Assembly: GCA_963753345.1 (NCBI GenBank)
Contig: CAVWBU010000021.1
Span: 96,001 to 160,000 of the forward strand
Source: an uncultured Fibrobacterota bacterium
GTDB taxonomy: Bacteria; Fibrobacterota; Chitinivibrionia; Chitinivibrionales; FEN-1185
Direction of reading: 5' to 3'
Length of the DNA stretch: 64,000 nucleotides
The notes beneath the pieces are model-generated. The model worked only from the letters and a program-made list of their open reading frames with translations, was not told where the DNA came from and did not search any database. This document shows positions 39,434 through 50,945 of the stretch, piece by piece; the stretch's first letter is position 1, and every line of letters begins with the position of its first letter. The translations under genes and the position numbers were made by a program.

Positions 39434-39611
39434 GGCGGAGCGCAAAAGCCGCTCTTTGGTTTCGATTATGTATATTATTCAGCGGCCTTGGTTCACAGCG
39501 CCCTTTCGGTTGAAGCGTGTAGATTCAAGACATGAGAACAATTGACAAGTACCGTTGACTCCTGACAATCTACATTCTACAATTTTGAAAAACGATAGGA
39601 CACATTGTTTC

Positions 39612-40907
39612 ATGAAACCCATTCCCATCATCAACCTTTCCAGCTCCTCCGGCAAACGAATGCTCCGCCGCATCAGCGAATCCCGGCAGGCGCGCGAAGG
39701 CCGCGCGCAGGAGGTCGTGGCAAAAATTCTTGCCGACGTGCAAAGGCGCGGCGACTCGGCGCTGTTCGCGTATTCAAGGAAATTCGACGGCACCCTGGTT
39801 TCGGGCAGGACAATACGGGTTTCCCGCGCGTACATTCGGGCTCGCGCGCGTCTCGCACCCGCTGCATTCAGGCGCTCATGCGCAGAGGCGGCAAAGCACA
39901 TCCGCGCGTATCACGAAAGGCAGAAGCCCTGCGTTTTCAGCATGCGGACTGCGGAGGGCGAGCTGTCCCAGATCGTGAGGCCGGTCCGGCGCGCGGGCGT
40001 GTACGTTCCGGGCGGACACACGTTGTATCCGTCAAGCGTGCTCATGAACGTGATTCCCGCGCAGATCGCGGGCGTTTCCGAAATCGCGGTCGCGACCCCG
40101 CCCAGGGGCGAGCTCGATCCGGGCATTGCATTTGCGCTCGATCTGCTCGGTGCGTACGAAGTCTACCGCATGGGCGGCGCCCAGGCGGTTGCGGCGTTTG
40201 CGTACGGGACAAAGAGTGTTCCCGCGGTTGACAAAATCGTAGGCCCCGGCAACCTGTATGTCGCGCTTGCAAAGAAGGCAGTATACGGCACAGTGGACAT
40301 CGACGCGGTGGCCGGCCCCAGCGAGGTGATCATACTTGCCGACAAATCGGCAAATCCCGCGTGGGTGGCGCTCGACCTTCTTGCCCAGGCCGAGCATGGC
40401 AGCGGCGACGAGACCGCCTTCTGCGTTACCGAAGACGCTGCGTTCGCCCGCCGCGTGCAGGCCGCGGTCGCGGCCGAAATCCGAAGGTCGCCGGTGCGTA
40501 CGGTTTTTGAAAAACTCGGCCCTTTCTCGCTCTGCATCTGCCTCGGCCGCAGCCGCACTCAAAGTATAGACTTTGTCAACCAATGCGCTCCCGAGCATTT
40601 GGAAATAATGACTGCCACCTGCAAACAAGACCTCGCCCTGGTCCGCAACGCTGGCGCGATTTTTCTCGGTCCGTATTCGCCTGTCGCTCTGGGCGATTAT
40701 TTCGCGGGCACCAACCACGTGCTGCCCACGGGCGGCGCCGCGCGCTTCGCCTCGGGCCTGGGCGTGGAGAGCTTTGTCAAGCGCATGTCCGTCGCTTGCA
40801 TCAATAAAGAAGGACTTCGCAGTGCGGCAGGCCACGTGTCGGTGCTTGCGAGGGCGGAGGAGTTTGTCCACCATGCGAGGAGTGTCGAGCGGAGAGCAAG
40901 GGCATAA
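39612..40907 (+). CDS. hisD: Histidinol dehydrogenase
   Basis: [36 protein letters not shown] and [13 protein letters not shown] motifs. Confidence 0.96.
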   Translation: MKPIPIINLSSSSGKRMLRRISESRQAREGRAQEVVAKILADVQRRGDSALFAYSRKFDGTLVSGRTIRVSRAYIRARARLAPAAFRRSCAEAAKHIRAYHERQKPCVFSMRTAEGELSQIVRPVRRAGVYVPGGHTLYPSSVLMNVIPAQIAGVSEIAVATPPRGELDPGIAFALDLLGAYEVYRMGGAQAVAAFAYGTKSVPAVDKIVGPGNLYVALAKKAVYGTVDIDAVAGPSEVIILADKSANPAWVALDLLAQAEHGSGDETAFCVTEDAAFARRVQAAVAAEIRRSPVRTVFEKLGPFSLCICLGRSRTQSIDFVNQCAPEHLEIMTATCKQDLALVRNAGAIFLGPYSPVALGDYFAGTNHVLPTGGAARFASGLGVESFVKRMSVACINKEGLRSAAGHVSVLARAEEFVHHARSVERRARA

Positions 40908-40920
40908 TATCTAAATACAG

Positions 40921-41243
40921 TTGGGCGTTCCCCCCTGAAGAGCCGCACTGCCGAGCGGCTCTTCAGGGGGGTCGGTTCCACCCCTCCGGGTGCTTCGAGG
41001 CGTCGTCCTTCCGGTCCACCCCTTCGGGTGCTTCTCCCTCGTCAGGGATTTCCAAGGGTCACAAGGGTCGTCGGCCTTCGGCCTCGGGCCATCTAATTGC
41101 AGAATGTAGATTGTAGAATGTAGATTTGAAATGCGAAGACCAACCGGAATGTTTTTTCAATCTACAATCATCAATCTAAAATCTACAATTAAGAGTCCGG
41201 GCGGCATCCCGCTTTGGCGGGACCTCCAGTCGCCCCTAACGCG
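40921..41243 (-). repeat. Structured repeat copy H, first arm (with nested inserts)
   Basis: TTGGGCGTTCCCC...GTCCGGGCGGCATCCCGCTTTGGCGGGACCTCCAGTCGCCCCTAACGCG. Confidence 0.88.
41094..41191. repeat. Inverted heptamer-array element (TAGATTG/CAATCTA) nested in copy H
   Basis: TAATTGCAGAATGTAGATTGTAGAATGTAGATTTGAAA ... TTTCAATCTACAATCATCAATCTAAAATCTACAATTA. Confidence 0.8.
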
Positions 41244-41397
41244 AAAGTCAAAAAACGGAAAACTGACAAAAGGTAATTAAAAATTGGGAACAGGGTGTGG
41301 ATGGATTTATTTTGATCAGTAAGGCAATGCTTTAGTAAAAACCGCTCGCGCCTGGCGTTTGAAGATGGATGCTTATCATATCAAATAGGATCCGTTC

Positions 41398-44300
41398 ATG
41401 AACTACAACCTCGATCCTATCCGCGATTTGGTCAAGAGATTCTCTCAAAACAAGGAATCCTACTCCGCCGCCTCCTACAACGAGACCCAGCTCCGCCAGG
41501 AATTCCTCAACCCGTTCTTCGAAGCGCTCGGCTGGGACGTTGCGAACAAGCAGGGCTTTGCCGAAGCGTACAAGGAAGTCATCCACGAAGACGCGGTAAA
41601 GGTCGGAACCGCGACCAAGGCGCCCGACTATTCCTTCCGGGTGGGAGGGACGCGCAAGTTCTTCGTGGAGGCGAAAAAGCCTTTTGTAAATATCAAAGAT
41701 GATATCAGCCCGGCTTTTCAGCTCCGCCGCTACGCATGGTCGGCAAAGCTGCCGCTTTCGGTGCTCACCGATTTCGAAGAGTTCGCGGTGTATGATTGCA
41801 GGCTCAAACCGGTCAAGACCGACAAGGCAAGCATCGGACGAATCCTTTACATAAAGTATGATGAATACGAAAAACGCTGGGAAGAAATAGCGTCTATCTT
41901 CTCGAAAGATGCGGTCCTCAAAGGATCGTTCGACCGGTATGCCGAAACAAACAGGGCGAAAAAAGGGACCACCGAGGTAGACGATTCGTTCCTTTCCGAA
42001 ATAGAGAACTGGCGCGACATGCTCGCGCGCAACATAGCGATCCGCAACGAAAAGCTTTCCACGCGCGAACTCAACTTCGCGGTCCAGCGCACCATCGACC
42101 GCCTTATCTTCCTGCGCATCTGCGAAGACCGCGGCATAGAAGATTATGGCAGGCTCCAATCACACCTGAACGGCGAAAACGTTTACAAGCGGCTTTGCGT
42201 TCTTTTCCGCGAAGCGGACGACCGGTACAACTCTGGCATTTTCCATTTCCGCGAGGAAAAGGGACGAGAGGAAACGCTTGACAGCACGACGCTTTCGCTC
42301 GACATAGACGATAAAGTGCTCAAGGAGATAATCGAGAACCTGTACTACCCCGAAAGCGCATATGAGTTTTCAGTCTTGCCCGCCGACATCCTGGGCCAGG
42401 TATACGAACAATTCCTGGGCAAGGTGATCCGCCTTACCACCGGGCACCAGGCAAAAGTAGAAGATAAGCCGGAGGTGAAAAAGGCAGGCGGCGTTTTTTA
42501 TACGCCGACGTACATTGTGGACTACATTGTAAAGAATACGGTGGGCAAGCTGCTTGAAAATAAAACCCCTTGGGAAGCTGAAAAACTTCGCATTCTTGAT
42601 CCTGCTTGCGGGTCAGGGTCCTTCTTGATAGGTGCTTATCAATATTTGTTGGATTGGCACCGTGATTGGTACACTAAGAACTGGCATGAGAAGTGGTGCT
42701 ATGGCAAGAATCCAAGGCTATATGAAGCACGGGAAAAGGAGTACCGGCTCACAACGCCAGAACGAAAAAGGATATTGCTCAACAGCATCTACGGCGTTGA
42801 CATTGACACACAGGCAGTGGAGGTTACGAAATTATCGCTTTTGCTGAAAGTACTTGAAGGGGAGAATGAGCAGAGCATCGCACAACAGTTAAAATTATTC
42901 CATCAGAGAGCTTTGCCGGATTTGGGGAATAATATTAAGTGCGGGAATTCTTTGATAGGAATGGATTTTTATGACGGTGTTCAGGAAACAATGTCGCTTT
43001 ATGAGGATGCCGAAATTGAAGATCGGATCAAGGTAAATGCGTTTGATTGGGATATGAAACACGGTTTTCAGGATATTATGAGGAGCGGGGGATTTGATGC
43101 GGTGATTGGGAATCCGCCGTATGGGGCTCAAACTTTCCAAGAAAAGCCGAAACTGAAGTTACCATTCTATAGAAACCATTATAAGCTGCCAAAGTTGGGT
43201 CAATTAGGACTTCTTATGTAATTGTTTATTGAAAGCGGTATTGACCTTACTCAGAAGTAAAAAGGGCTATTTGGGCTATCATTATTCCAGCCTCGTAGTT
43301 GTCTAAGGCGAAAGTATACATGCCATCAGCGCGAATTCATCCAAGTGGGAAGCATTAGTCGCAGTATAATGCATTTCGATGACCATTAGATATTTGAAAG
43401 TGCATACTACAGACACGTGATAATTGTTTTTCCTTAACTAAAGACCAAATGCAGATCCATTTTGTTTTCTAAAGAAAAGATGTAGATAAATGGATAACTC
43501 AAAGCATAGCCTAAAGATGTAGATCAAAGCTGACAGCATAATGGATAGGAATGGAGTTTTACCACAGGAAGAAATTCGGTTTTGTTCGAAAAGTTAAAAC
43601 CTTCCTTCGAAGCAAAAGAGATGTCGACAGATAAGATATTCCAAGGCCTTGTTACAATTGGTGATCTTTATACTTATTGGAAGAAATAGAATAATTGGCA
43701 AGATCCATGTGAGAGTAAACTCTTGGCGACAGCCAAACTCATATAAATCGGAAAGACAGGTTGTTCTACCTCTGTTCAAAGGATCCTGATATCCGAGGTA
43801 TTCTGCAACAACTACCAAACGAGAGATTTTTCCACACGATTTAGAAGCCTAAGATCTAACTGGCAAAGTTACAAGAATTGCACAATCGAATTTCGCAAAA
43901 TATTATCCCAATACGTGGAACTATCTAAACGAGAACGATGATTTCTTGCGGAACCGAGAAAAAGGGAAGATGAGACATGAAGGGTGGTATGGTTACATTT
44001 ATCCTAAAGGCATTGCATTGTTTGCAGAGAAGAAGATATTAACTCCTTCTATTGCCGCTACAGCTTCCTTTACGCATTGATAAAGACGGCGAATTGTACT
44101 TTGTGGGTTCGGGCACGCAATGACGGTGGTGGATATGGGCTATTCGCTCTAAAAAGCGGTGTGGAATTCGAGTATGCGTATCTTCTTGGCTTGCTGAATT
44201 CAACACTCCTTGATGTTGTTGCCTCAAGCTGATAAGATCTTGATTTAGAGGCAGCTATTATGCATAACCGTCATACATTGAACGACTGCCAATAACTCGA

Positions 44301-44535
44301 ATGACTTCTCAATATCTCTCACAAATTGTTTCGCTGCAAAATATTGTTTCCCTCGTCTCCTCCATGCTCTCCCTCCACCAAGAACTTTCCCTTGCCAAGA
44401 CCGATCAGGAAAAAATCGTCCTCCAGCGCCAGATCACCTCCACCGACAGCCGCATCGACGCTCTCGTCTACACAACTCTACGGCCTCACCGAAGAGGAAA
44501 TCAAAATCGTCGAAGGCGCCGGCGAAGGGAAATAG
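41398..44535 (+). CDS. Fused endonuclease-N6-adenine methyltransferase (Type IIG/Eco57I-like R-M); last third has many indels
   Basis: N-terminal PDY...VEAKK nuclease motif, ILDPACGSGSFL (motif I), IGNPPY (motif IV) and C-terminal IDALV/LYGLTEEEIKIVE. The frame breaks repeatedly after about 43140. Confidence 0.85.
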
Positions 44536-44694
44536 AACTTCGGTTCTTCCGGGCAACCAATTCCGCTGGCTGCAGATTGCTTCGCGGAGTTTATCCCGAG
44601 CTCTGTCGAGGGGCTCGCAGTGACACTTTTCTCTCTTCAATCCGCATTCCGCAATCCCAGCCCTGAGCTTTGTCGAAGGGATCAATCCACAATT

Positions 44695-44843
44695 CTCTCT
44701 TGGTGCCCCCGCAGCAGAAGTTTCTTTCTTGCAGACCAACTTGCTTGGGGGCTACCCAGAGGGGGCAGCGCAGGACCGGCGCGGAATAACGTGAACTTTG
44801 AAAATATGAGCGACGGGCCGAAGCGAGGGGGAGACTTCCCCCT
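44695..44843 (-). repeat. Structured repeat copy H, second arm
   Basis: GGTGCCCCC..TCTTGCAG..GGGGGCTACCCAGAGGGGGCAGCGCAGGACCGGCGCG...GAGGGGGAGACTTCCCCC. Confidence 0.88.
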
Positions 44844-44896
44844 GTAAATGATATTGATTTTGGAGAATGTTAAATGAAAGAGGATTGATTTTAAGG

Positions 44897-44970
<74 letters not shown>

Positions 44971-44982
44971 CCAAAAATAAAA

Positions 44983-45059
44983 TGGAGCGAGAGACGGGAT
45001 TTGAACCCGCGACGGCCACCTTGGCAAGGTGGAGCTCTACCAGTCTGAGCTACTCTCGC
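44983..45059 (-). tRNA. tRNA-Gly(GCC)
   Basis: GCGAGAGTAGCTCAG...CCACCTTGCCAAGGTGG...GGTTCAAATCCCGTCTCTCGCTCCA. Confidence 0.97.
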
Positions 45060-45133
45060 TTGCTTGGACGATAAAGATACTTTATTGAAGAACCCGGCTG
45101 CAAGCTGCGGGCTTGCGTTTTCCCGCTGAGCGG

Positions 45134-45418
45134 CTACGGATTCCTTCCCGTGGGGTTCCAGCTCTGCGCCGTGGTGAAGAGCAGCACGATAAACGCCATG
45201 GTACCTATGGCAAGCGCCACGAATTTCCCGTATTCAACTTTTCTCTTGACGATCTTGATCTTCCCGGCCGATCCCCGGCCGACCGTGTCCGCCGCGTGCC
45301 TGGAGGAGTCTGCGGCCAGGGAGTCGCGGCGCGGGGTAATCGGCGTTCCGAACGATATCTGGCAATAGCCCGGCCAAGCGATTGACGCAAGGATAAGAAA
45401 CGCCGCGAGCCGTCTCAT
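45134..45418 (-). CDS. Small hypothetical membrane protein
   Basis: Signal peptide plus C-terminal transmembrane segment; overlaps the gatB stop (ATGA coupling). Confidence 0.6.
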   Translation of the reverse strand: MRRLAAFLILASIAWPGYCQISFGTPITPRRDSLAADSSRHAADTVGRGSAGKIKIVKRKVEYGKFVALAIGTMAFIVLLFTTAQSWNPTGRNP

Positions 45419-46856
45419 GCCGTCCCCTTGCCCAACAGCTCGGCAACCAGCTTGCTGATCTCTTTCGGGTTGCCCTTGCCTCCCGTGGCTCTCATAACCT
45501 GCCCCACAAAGAACCCCGCAAGCTTTGTCTCACCTGCAGTGTACCGCTGCGCCTCCTTCGGGTTCTTTGCCGCAATGTCCTTCACGACCTTCGACAGTTC
45601 GGCAGAATCGGAAATCTGCGACAGTCCCTGTTCTTTGATTATTGTGTCCGGATCTTTGCCATGATCTTCCATGTCATCGAGTACTTTTTTGGCTGCGTTG
45701 GCGGAAACTGCGCCCGTTGACACCAGCGTGAGCAATCTTCCAAAGGCCATCGGCGTAACCCTGGCCTTGAAACCGTCGATTCCAATCTTTTTTTCCTTGA
45801 CGATTCTAAGCACTTCGCCCATCACCCAGTTGGCAACGAGTTTCGCATCTTTACAGAAAGCGAGCGCGTCTTCAAAATAGCGGGCAACCGCGGGTTCCAG
45901 GGTAAGCACCTCCGCCATGTAGGCGGTGACGCCGAAGTCGGCAATAAATCTTGAGCGTTTTTGTGCGGGCAACTCGGGCATGTCTTTCTTGATCGTTTCG
46001 ATCCACGCCGGCTCAACCACGAGCGGCAGGAGGTCGGGCTCCGGGAAATAGCGGTAATCGTGCGCCTCTTCCTTGGTGCGCATGGCAACGGTCCGGTTAC
46101 TGTCCGGGTCCCACCGGAACGTCTGCTGTACGATAGTCTCGCCCGACAGCACGGCCTCGCGCTGCCGAAGGGCCTCGTAGGCGAGGGCCTTTTCCACGCC
46201 GCGGAAGGTGTTCATGTTCTTGAGTTCGATCTTGGTGCCGAGTTTTGTTTCGCCCGCGGGCCGTATCGAGATGTTGGCGTCGCAGCGGAGGCTGCCCTCC
46301 TCCATGTTGCAGTCGCATATGCCGAGATAGCCGAGGATCTGCTTGATGGCCGAAAGATACGCGTAGGCTTCCTGCGCGGTTCGCAAGTCCGGCTCGCTCA
46401 CGATTTCGATGAGCGGCGTGCCGCAGCGGTTGACGTCGAAGAGCGAGTCTTCATCCTGGTCGTGGATGAGTTTCCCGCGTCCTCTTCGAGGTGGATGCGG
46501 TTGATGCGGATGGTCTTCTTCCTTCCGTCAACCTCTATCGCCACCGATCCGCCGGCGCACAGCGGCATGTCGTACTGGGAGATCTGGTAGCCTTTCGGGA
46601 GGTCGGGGTAGAAGTAGTTCTTCCTTGCGAAAATGGAATTGCGCGCAATGGAGCAGCCCACGGCCAGCCCCATAAGAATGGTCATTTCCACGGCGCGGCG
46701 GTTGAGCACCGGCAGCGAACCGGGAAGCCCGAGGCACACCGGGCAGCCGTGCGTGTTGGGCGCGTCGCCGAATTTCGGAGCGCACCCGCAGAAGATCTTC
46801 GTTGTCGTGAGAAGCTCGGCGTGTATTTCGAGGCCGATGACGGTTTCAAATTCCAT
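45415..46856 (-). CDS. gatB: Asp/Glu-tRNA amidotransferase subunit B (one-base frameshift at about 46472)
   Basis: [27 protein letters not shown] and HLEEDAG, then the other frame gives LIH...[25 protein letters not shown] and [10 protein letters not shown]. Confidence 0.95.
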
Positions 46857-47975
46857 CTATTTTTCCACCACCGTAAACTTGATTCCTTTTTTCGCAAGCG
46901 TCGAGTCGCCGTATGCCCGGGCCCTGTCCTGCGAATCGAACGATCCCACATGCACCCGGAAAATGGTCTTTCCGCCCGTGTTTCCCTGGGCGATTGCGAC
47001 AAGCGGGAACTGTGCCGCCAGCTTCACCTTGAGACCGTGGGCGTTTTCCATGGTGCCGAAGGCGCCCACCTGAAGGGAATACACCGGTTTTTGCGCGGTC
47101 TGGCCGGGAGACGGTTTCTTTGCGGCGGTATCGGACGCCAGCCACGAAACCGTATCGCGCGACCCGGCGGAGTCCTTCTTCGCGGCCGGGGCCTTTTGCT
47201 TCACCTTGGCGAGCATGGGCCGTTCGAGGTATTCGCTCCATGCGCGCCTGATATGGGTGAGGACCGCCGAGGCCTCCTGCGGCCGTGCCAAGGCAGACGC
47301 GCAGGCATAGGCGCCGGCGTTGGCCGCGCATGCCCACGATGCCGTGTCGGCAACAGCGGCGCCGGCGGTAAAACAGGAAAGCGCCTTGTTGAAATCCTTC
47401 TTTACGTAATGGAACAGACCGAGATAGAAGCTCGCCAGCGGGCCGGAACCGGAGGCCGTATCCTTCGCCGCCTTTTCCAGTTCCGCAATGAGGGCGGTGT
47501 CGGCGGTGTCGCGGACAACGCTCAGGTACCGCGGTTCCGCGTACCTGCCGCCGGCCGACAGGTCGGTCGCGGTGCCGAAGTACCCCGACGCCTTGTGACC
47601 GGGGCCCTGCCGAAGGTACGCGGCGCACCCGAGCAGGAAATAGGCCTCGGCGCGCACCGAGTCGGGCGCCGACTTTTCGCGGGCGATCTTTTTGTAAACC
47701 TGCAGGGCGCTGTCGGCGTTGTCGAGCGTCCGCGCCCGAAGCAGGGTGATTTCAGGCCCTGCGGAACTGTCGGCGCGTGCCTTTTCCAGAACGGCGCGCG
47801 CTCCCGCCATGTCGCCTTTGTTAAGAAAATCGCGGCTGTCGCCCGCCGTGCTCCCCGATGCAATCGATGCAATGACGGCCGCAAGCAGCAGTGATGCTAT
47901 TCGGGGACACACCGGCATGGTACGGAATCTGCGCATCGGAGTGCTTCCGCGCAATAGGGTGTTAAAACGAATCAT
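46857..47975 (-). CDS. TPR-like/SPOR-domain protein
   Basis: Signal peptide; C-terminal YSLQVGAF...FRVHVGSF SPOR motif. Confidence 0.82.
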   Translation of the reverse strand: MIRFNTLLRGSTPMRRFRTMPVCPRIASLLLAAVIASIASGSTAGDSRDFLNKGDMAGARAVLEKARADSSAGPEITLLRARTLDNADSALQVYKKIAREKSAPDSVRAEAYFLLGCAAYLRQGPGHKASGYFGTATDLSAGGRYAEPRYLSVVRDTADTALIAELEKAAKDTASGSGPLASFYLGLFHYVKKDFNKALSCFTAGAAVADTASWACAANAGAYACASALARPQEASAVLTHIRRAWSEYLERPMLAKVKQKAPAAKKDSAGSRDTVSWLASDTAAKKPSPGQTAQKPVYSLQVGAFGTMENAHGLKVKLAAQFPLVAIAQGNTGGKTIFRVHVGSFDSQDRARAYGDSTLAKKGIKFTVVEK

Positions 47976-48303
47976 CGCCGGTCGGCTCCTGGGGAGCCAG
48001 GAATTTTTCCGGGATTTCCTGCGCGGTCTGGGTCCCGGCTTCCAGATCCCTGATCCGTCTGTCTCTTTTGTGAATCGCGGTACGCAGGGTCACAAAATTA
48101 TACGCGGCAACGCCGAGTCCCACAATAAGGCCGAGGCCGAGGGCCCCCGCCACATAGGCCCACACCGGCAGGGCTTTGGTGTGATAGGTGAATATATGCG
48201 CCGAGACTTGGACCTGGAACTCCGGCTGCGAAAACGTAATGATGATGACGAAGGCCAGCGCGAACGACAGGAGGAACACCAGAAGCCACTTGACAAAAAC
48301 CAT
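47962..48303 (-). CDS. LapA (DUF1049)-like membrane protein
   Basis: Two transmembrane segments followed by a basic coiled tail (KRDRRIRDLE). Confidence 0.65.
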   Translation of the reverse strand: MVFVKWLLVFLLSFALAFVIIITFSQPEFQVQVSAHIFTYHTKALPVWAYVAGALGLGLIVGLGVAAYNFVTLRTAIHKRDRRIRDLEAGTQTAQEIPEKFLAPQEPTGDDSF

Positions 48304-48305
48304 GA

Positions 48306-49574
48306 TCACGTCCTTTCGCCGATAAGCGTCTTGCCCGTGCTTTTTACGATCCGCAGAGGTAAAATCGTTCCTGCCCGGCAGTCTTTGCAAGCGGCAAGGA
48401 CCTTTTTGCAACCCATGTCCTGTCCCATCCACAGTCCGTCTCTGCCTTCCTGCCTGCCGGTTAATAGCACCGGAAGCTCCCTGCCGATCATGGCGCCGTA
48501 GACCTCTTTTGTCATGGCCGTCTGCAGGCGGATGAGGCGGGCAAGCCTACCCTGCTTGACCGCGGCGGGAACATCGTCGGCCATGGAGGCCGCGGCGGTG
48601 TTGTCGCGCCGGGAGTAGGCGAACATGAACGCGGTTGTAAACCGCACGGTTTCAAACAGCGACAGGGTTCCCTCATACTCAGCGTCGGTTTCGGTGGGGA
48701 AGCCGACCATTGCGTCGGTGGTGATGTCGGCGTCGGGAAGGTGTTTGCGGATTGTGCCGATCCTGGCAAGGTAGTCGTCGCGCGAGTACCCGCGGTTCAT
48801 GAGCGAAAGAATGCGCGTGGAACCCGACTGCACCGGAAGGTGGATGTGCCTGCAGAGCTTCGGGAGTTCGGCCATGGTGCGGATGAGATCTTCGGAGCAG
48901 TCCTTGGGATGGCTTGTGGTGAACCGGATCCTGGCAATGCCGTCTATGGCGTGCAGGCGGCGAAGAAGTTGCGGAAAGCGTGTCACGCCGTCATGATACG
49001 AATTGACGTTCTGGCCCAGGAGCGTCACCTCGCAAACCCCTTTGTCAACCAGCGACAGGACCGTTTTCTCCACCGAGGCCGCGGGCAGGGAAACCTCCGG
49101 TCCGCGCACCTGCGGCACCACGCAGTAGGAGCAGCAATTGTCGCAGCCCCGCATGATCGGAACAAACTTGCTTACCGCGGATTCGGCCGCGCCCGCGGCC
49201 AGCGCGCCGGGAACGTCTGCGAGCGCCGAATCGATATTCTCGATGAACCGCTCGAAATCGCGTGCGCCTATCGCCAGATCAATTGCCGGGAAATCGCGCT
49301 TGAGCGAGCCGCCGAGGCGCTGCGCCATGCAGCCGACAACCCAGAGCCTGCGTTCTCGGCCGCCGCGCGCCTTGTGCGCCGAAAGCTCGGCGATGCGGGC
49401 CAGGGCGCGTTGCTCCGCGCGCTCGCGCACGCTGCACGTGGTGACCACGATGAGGTCGGCGTCGCCCGGGGTTTTAGCTTTTGCAAAGCCGCGGGAAAAA
49501 AGCGCTGACGCGAGCGCGTCGGCGTCGGCGACGTTCATCTGGCAGCCGAAGGTTTCGAAGAATACAAAAGGCAT
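48306..49574 (-). CDS. miaB: tRNA-i6A37 methylthiotransferase
   Basis: ETFGCQMN, TCSVRERAE, GCDNCCSYCVVP, LLGQNVNSY and HLPVQSGS motifs. Confidence 0.93.
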   Translation of the reverse strand: MPFVFFETFGCQMNVADADALASALFSRGFAKAKTPGDADLIVVTTCSVRERAEQRALARIAELSAHKARGGRERRLWVVGCMAQRLGGSLKRDFPAIDLAIGARDFERFIENIDSALADVPGALAAGAAESAVSKFVPIMRGCDNCCSYCVVPQVRGPEVSLPAASVEKTVLSLVDKGVCEVTLLGQNVNSYHDGVTRFPQLLRRLHAIDGIARIRFTTSHPKDCSEDLIRTMAELPKLCRHIHLPVQSGSTRILSLMNRGYSRDDYLARIGTIRKHLPDADITTDAMVGFPTETDAEYEGTLSLFETVRFTTAFMFAYSRRDNTAAASMADDVPAAVKQGRLARLIRLQTAMTKEVYGAMIGRELPVLLTGRQEGRDGLWMGQDMGCKKVLAACKDCRAGTILPLRIVKSTGKTLIGERT

Positions 49575-49600
49575 TTTCGTGGTTTCAATCTGTAAAGATC

Positions 49601-49815
49601 TGGGCGTTACCCCGCCTCGCGCTTCGGCGTGAGGCGGGGTCGGTCTTCTTCCGGGCTCGGCTGTTCGTCTCGTTGCCGGTCCGCCCTATGCCTTGCGGCC
49701 GGGCACCCCGTCGGGTGCTTCCAAGGGTCGTCGGCCGGCAATGCGCTCCACCGCACTTACCGTCGCCCCTAACGCGGCGGCAGACAATTGCTACTGGCAT
49801 TTTTTCGTGGCGCCG
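49601..49815 (-). repeat. Structured repeat copy I (first arm only)
   Basis: TGGGCGTTACCCC...GGGGTCGGTC..CTTCCGGGCTCGGCTGTTCG...CCCCTAACGCGG. Confidence 0.85.
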
Positions 49816-49965
49816 ACGATACTCTCGATTCAGGAAGAGATCAATGGATTCTTCTTTGGGTATCCTGAGTGTTGAGAATCAGAATTCAGGATTCGGCAAA
49901 TTACAGATGGATATATTTTGGGCGTCTCCAAGATCGATGAGAGATTTCATTACTTTCAACTTGAT

Positions 49966-50463
49966 TTATAGCAGCGCTTTCACAAAATGATATCCGAAAA
50001 GAATCACCAAAAGAGAGATATTCGTAAGTATCCCCGCCGCCACGTCGTCCATCACGATGCCAAGGCCGCCCTCGAGGTATTCCATGTTGTGGACGGGGAA
50101 CGGCTTTACAATATCGAAAAAGCGGAACAGGAAGAACCCGAGGATGATCGTCTTCACCGACAGCGGCACAAAGAGGAACGCCACGAGCTGGCCCGCGCAC
50201 TCGTCGATGATCACCCGCGACGGGTCGTCCTCGCCGAACACCTCCCGCGGCCGCGACGACACGAGCACCGAAAACGCGACGACAACAAGCGACAGCACCC
50301 ACAGGTGGGCGGGCGTTACGGCCGGGCCCTTTACGCACGCGAACCACCACAGCGCGCCGGCCGTGATGGCCGAGCCGATGGTGCCCGAGGCGAGGGGAAT
50401 GTAGCCGAGGAACAGAACCGAGGCCAGGGCTTTCTGGAGCCAGATGACGATTGGGTGTTTCAT
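49966..50463 (-). CDS. pgpA: Phosphatidylglycerophosphatase A
   Basis: ASGTIGS, DPSRVIIDE, FRFFDIVKPFP and GGLGIVMDDVAAG motifs. Confidence 0.93.
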   Translation of the reverse strand: MKHPIVIWLQKALASVLFLGYIPLASGTIGSAITAGALWWFACVKGPAVTPAHLWVLSLVVVAFSVLVSSRPREVFGEDDPSRVIIDECAGQLVAFLFVPLSVKTIILGFFLFRFFDIVKPFPVHNMEYLEGGLGIVMDDVAAGILTNISLLVILFGYHFVKALL

Positions 50464-50492
50464 GATTATTTCCTATTTTTGTAATTAAAGAC

Positions 50493-50940
50493 TTGGGCGT
50501 TCCCCTCTCTTCGCTCGGGTCGGTTCTCCTTCCGGTCTCGGCCTTCGGCCTCCGGCCGCCTCGGCCCTAGGCCGCTGTAGCGGCGGGTCCAGGCGGCACC
50601 GCGCTCCAGCGCGGCCTCCAGTCGCCCCTAACGCGCAGCAGAGGAATTCTATTCAGTCAAGTTATATCTATGCGCCAACCCAAGTTTCTATTGAGATTGT
50701 TTAGATTTTCTTCTTGAACTACTCAGCTCCTCCACTTTTCAACTCTTCAACGATTCAACTTCTCAACTTCTCAACATCTCAACTCTATTTCTCGGTGCCC
50801 CCGCAGCCGAAGATTCTTTCTTGCAAATCAACTCTCTAGGGGGCTACCCACGAGGGGGTGTGGGTGCCAATGTCGAGACGTTGGATTTTTGGCATTGGTT
50901 TTGAGTCTCGACATGGCACCCCAGGGGGACCCTTCCCCCA
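50493..50940 (-). repeat. Bipartite structured intergenic repeat, copy J
   Basis: Complete copy; terminal module of the same type as copy G (GGGTGCCAATGTCGAGAC...GTCTCGACATGGCACCC). Confidence 0.9.
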
Positions 50941-50945
50941 CCAAA

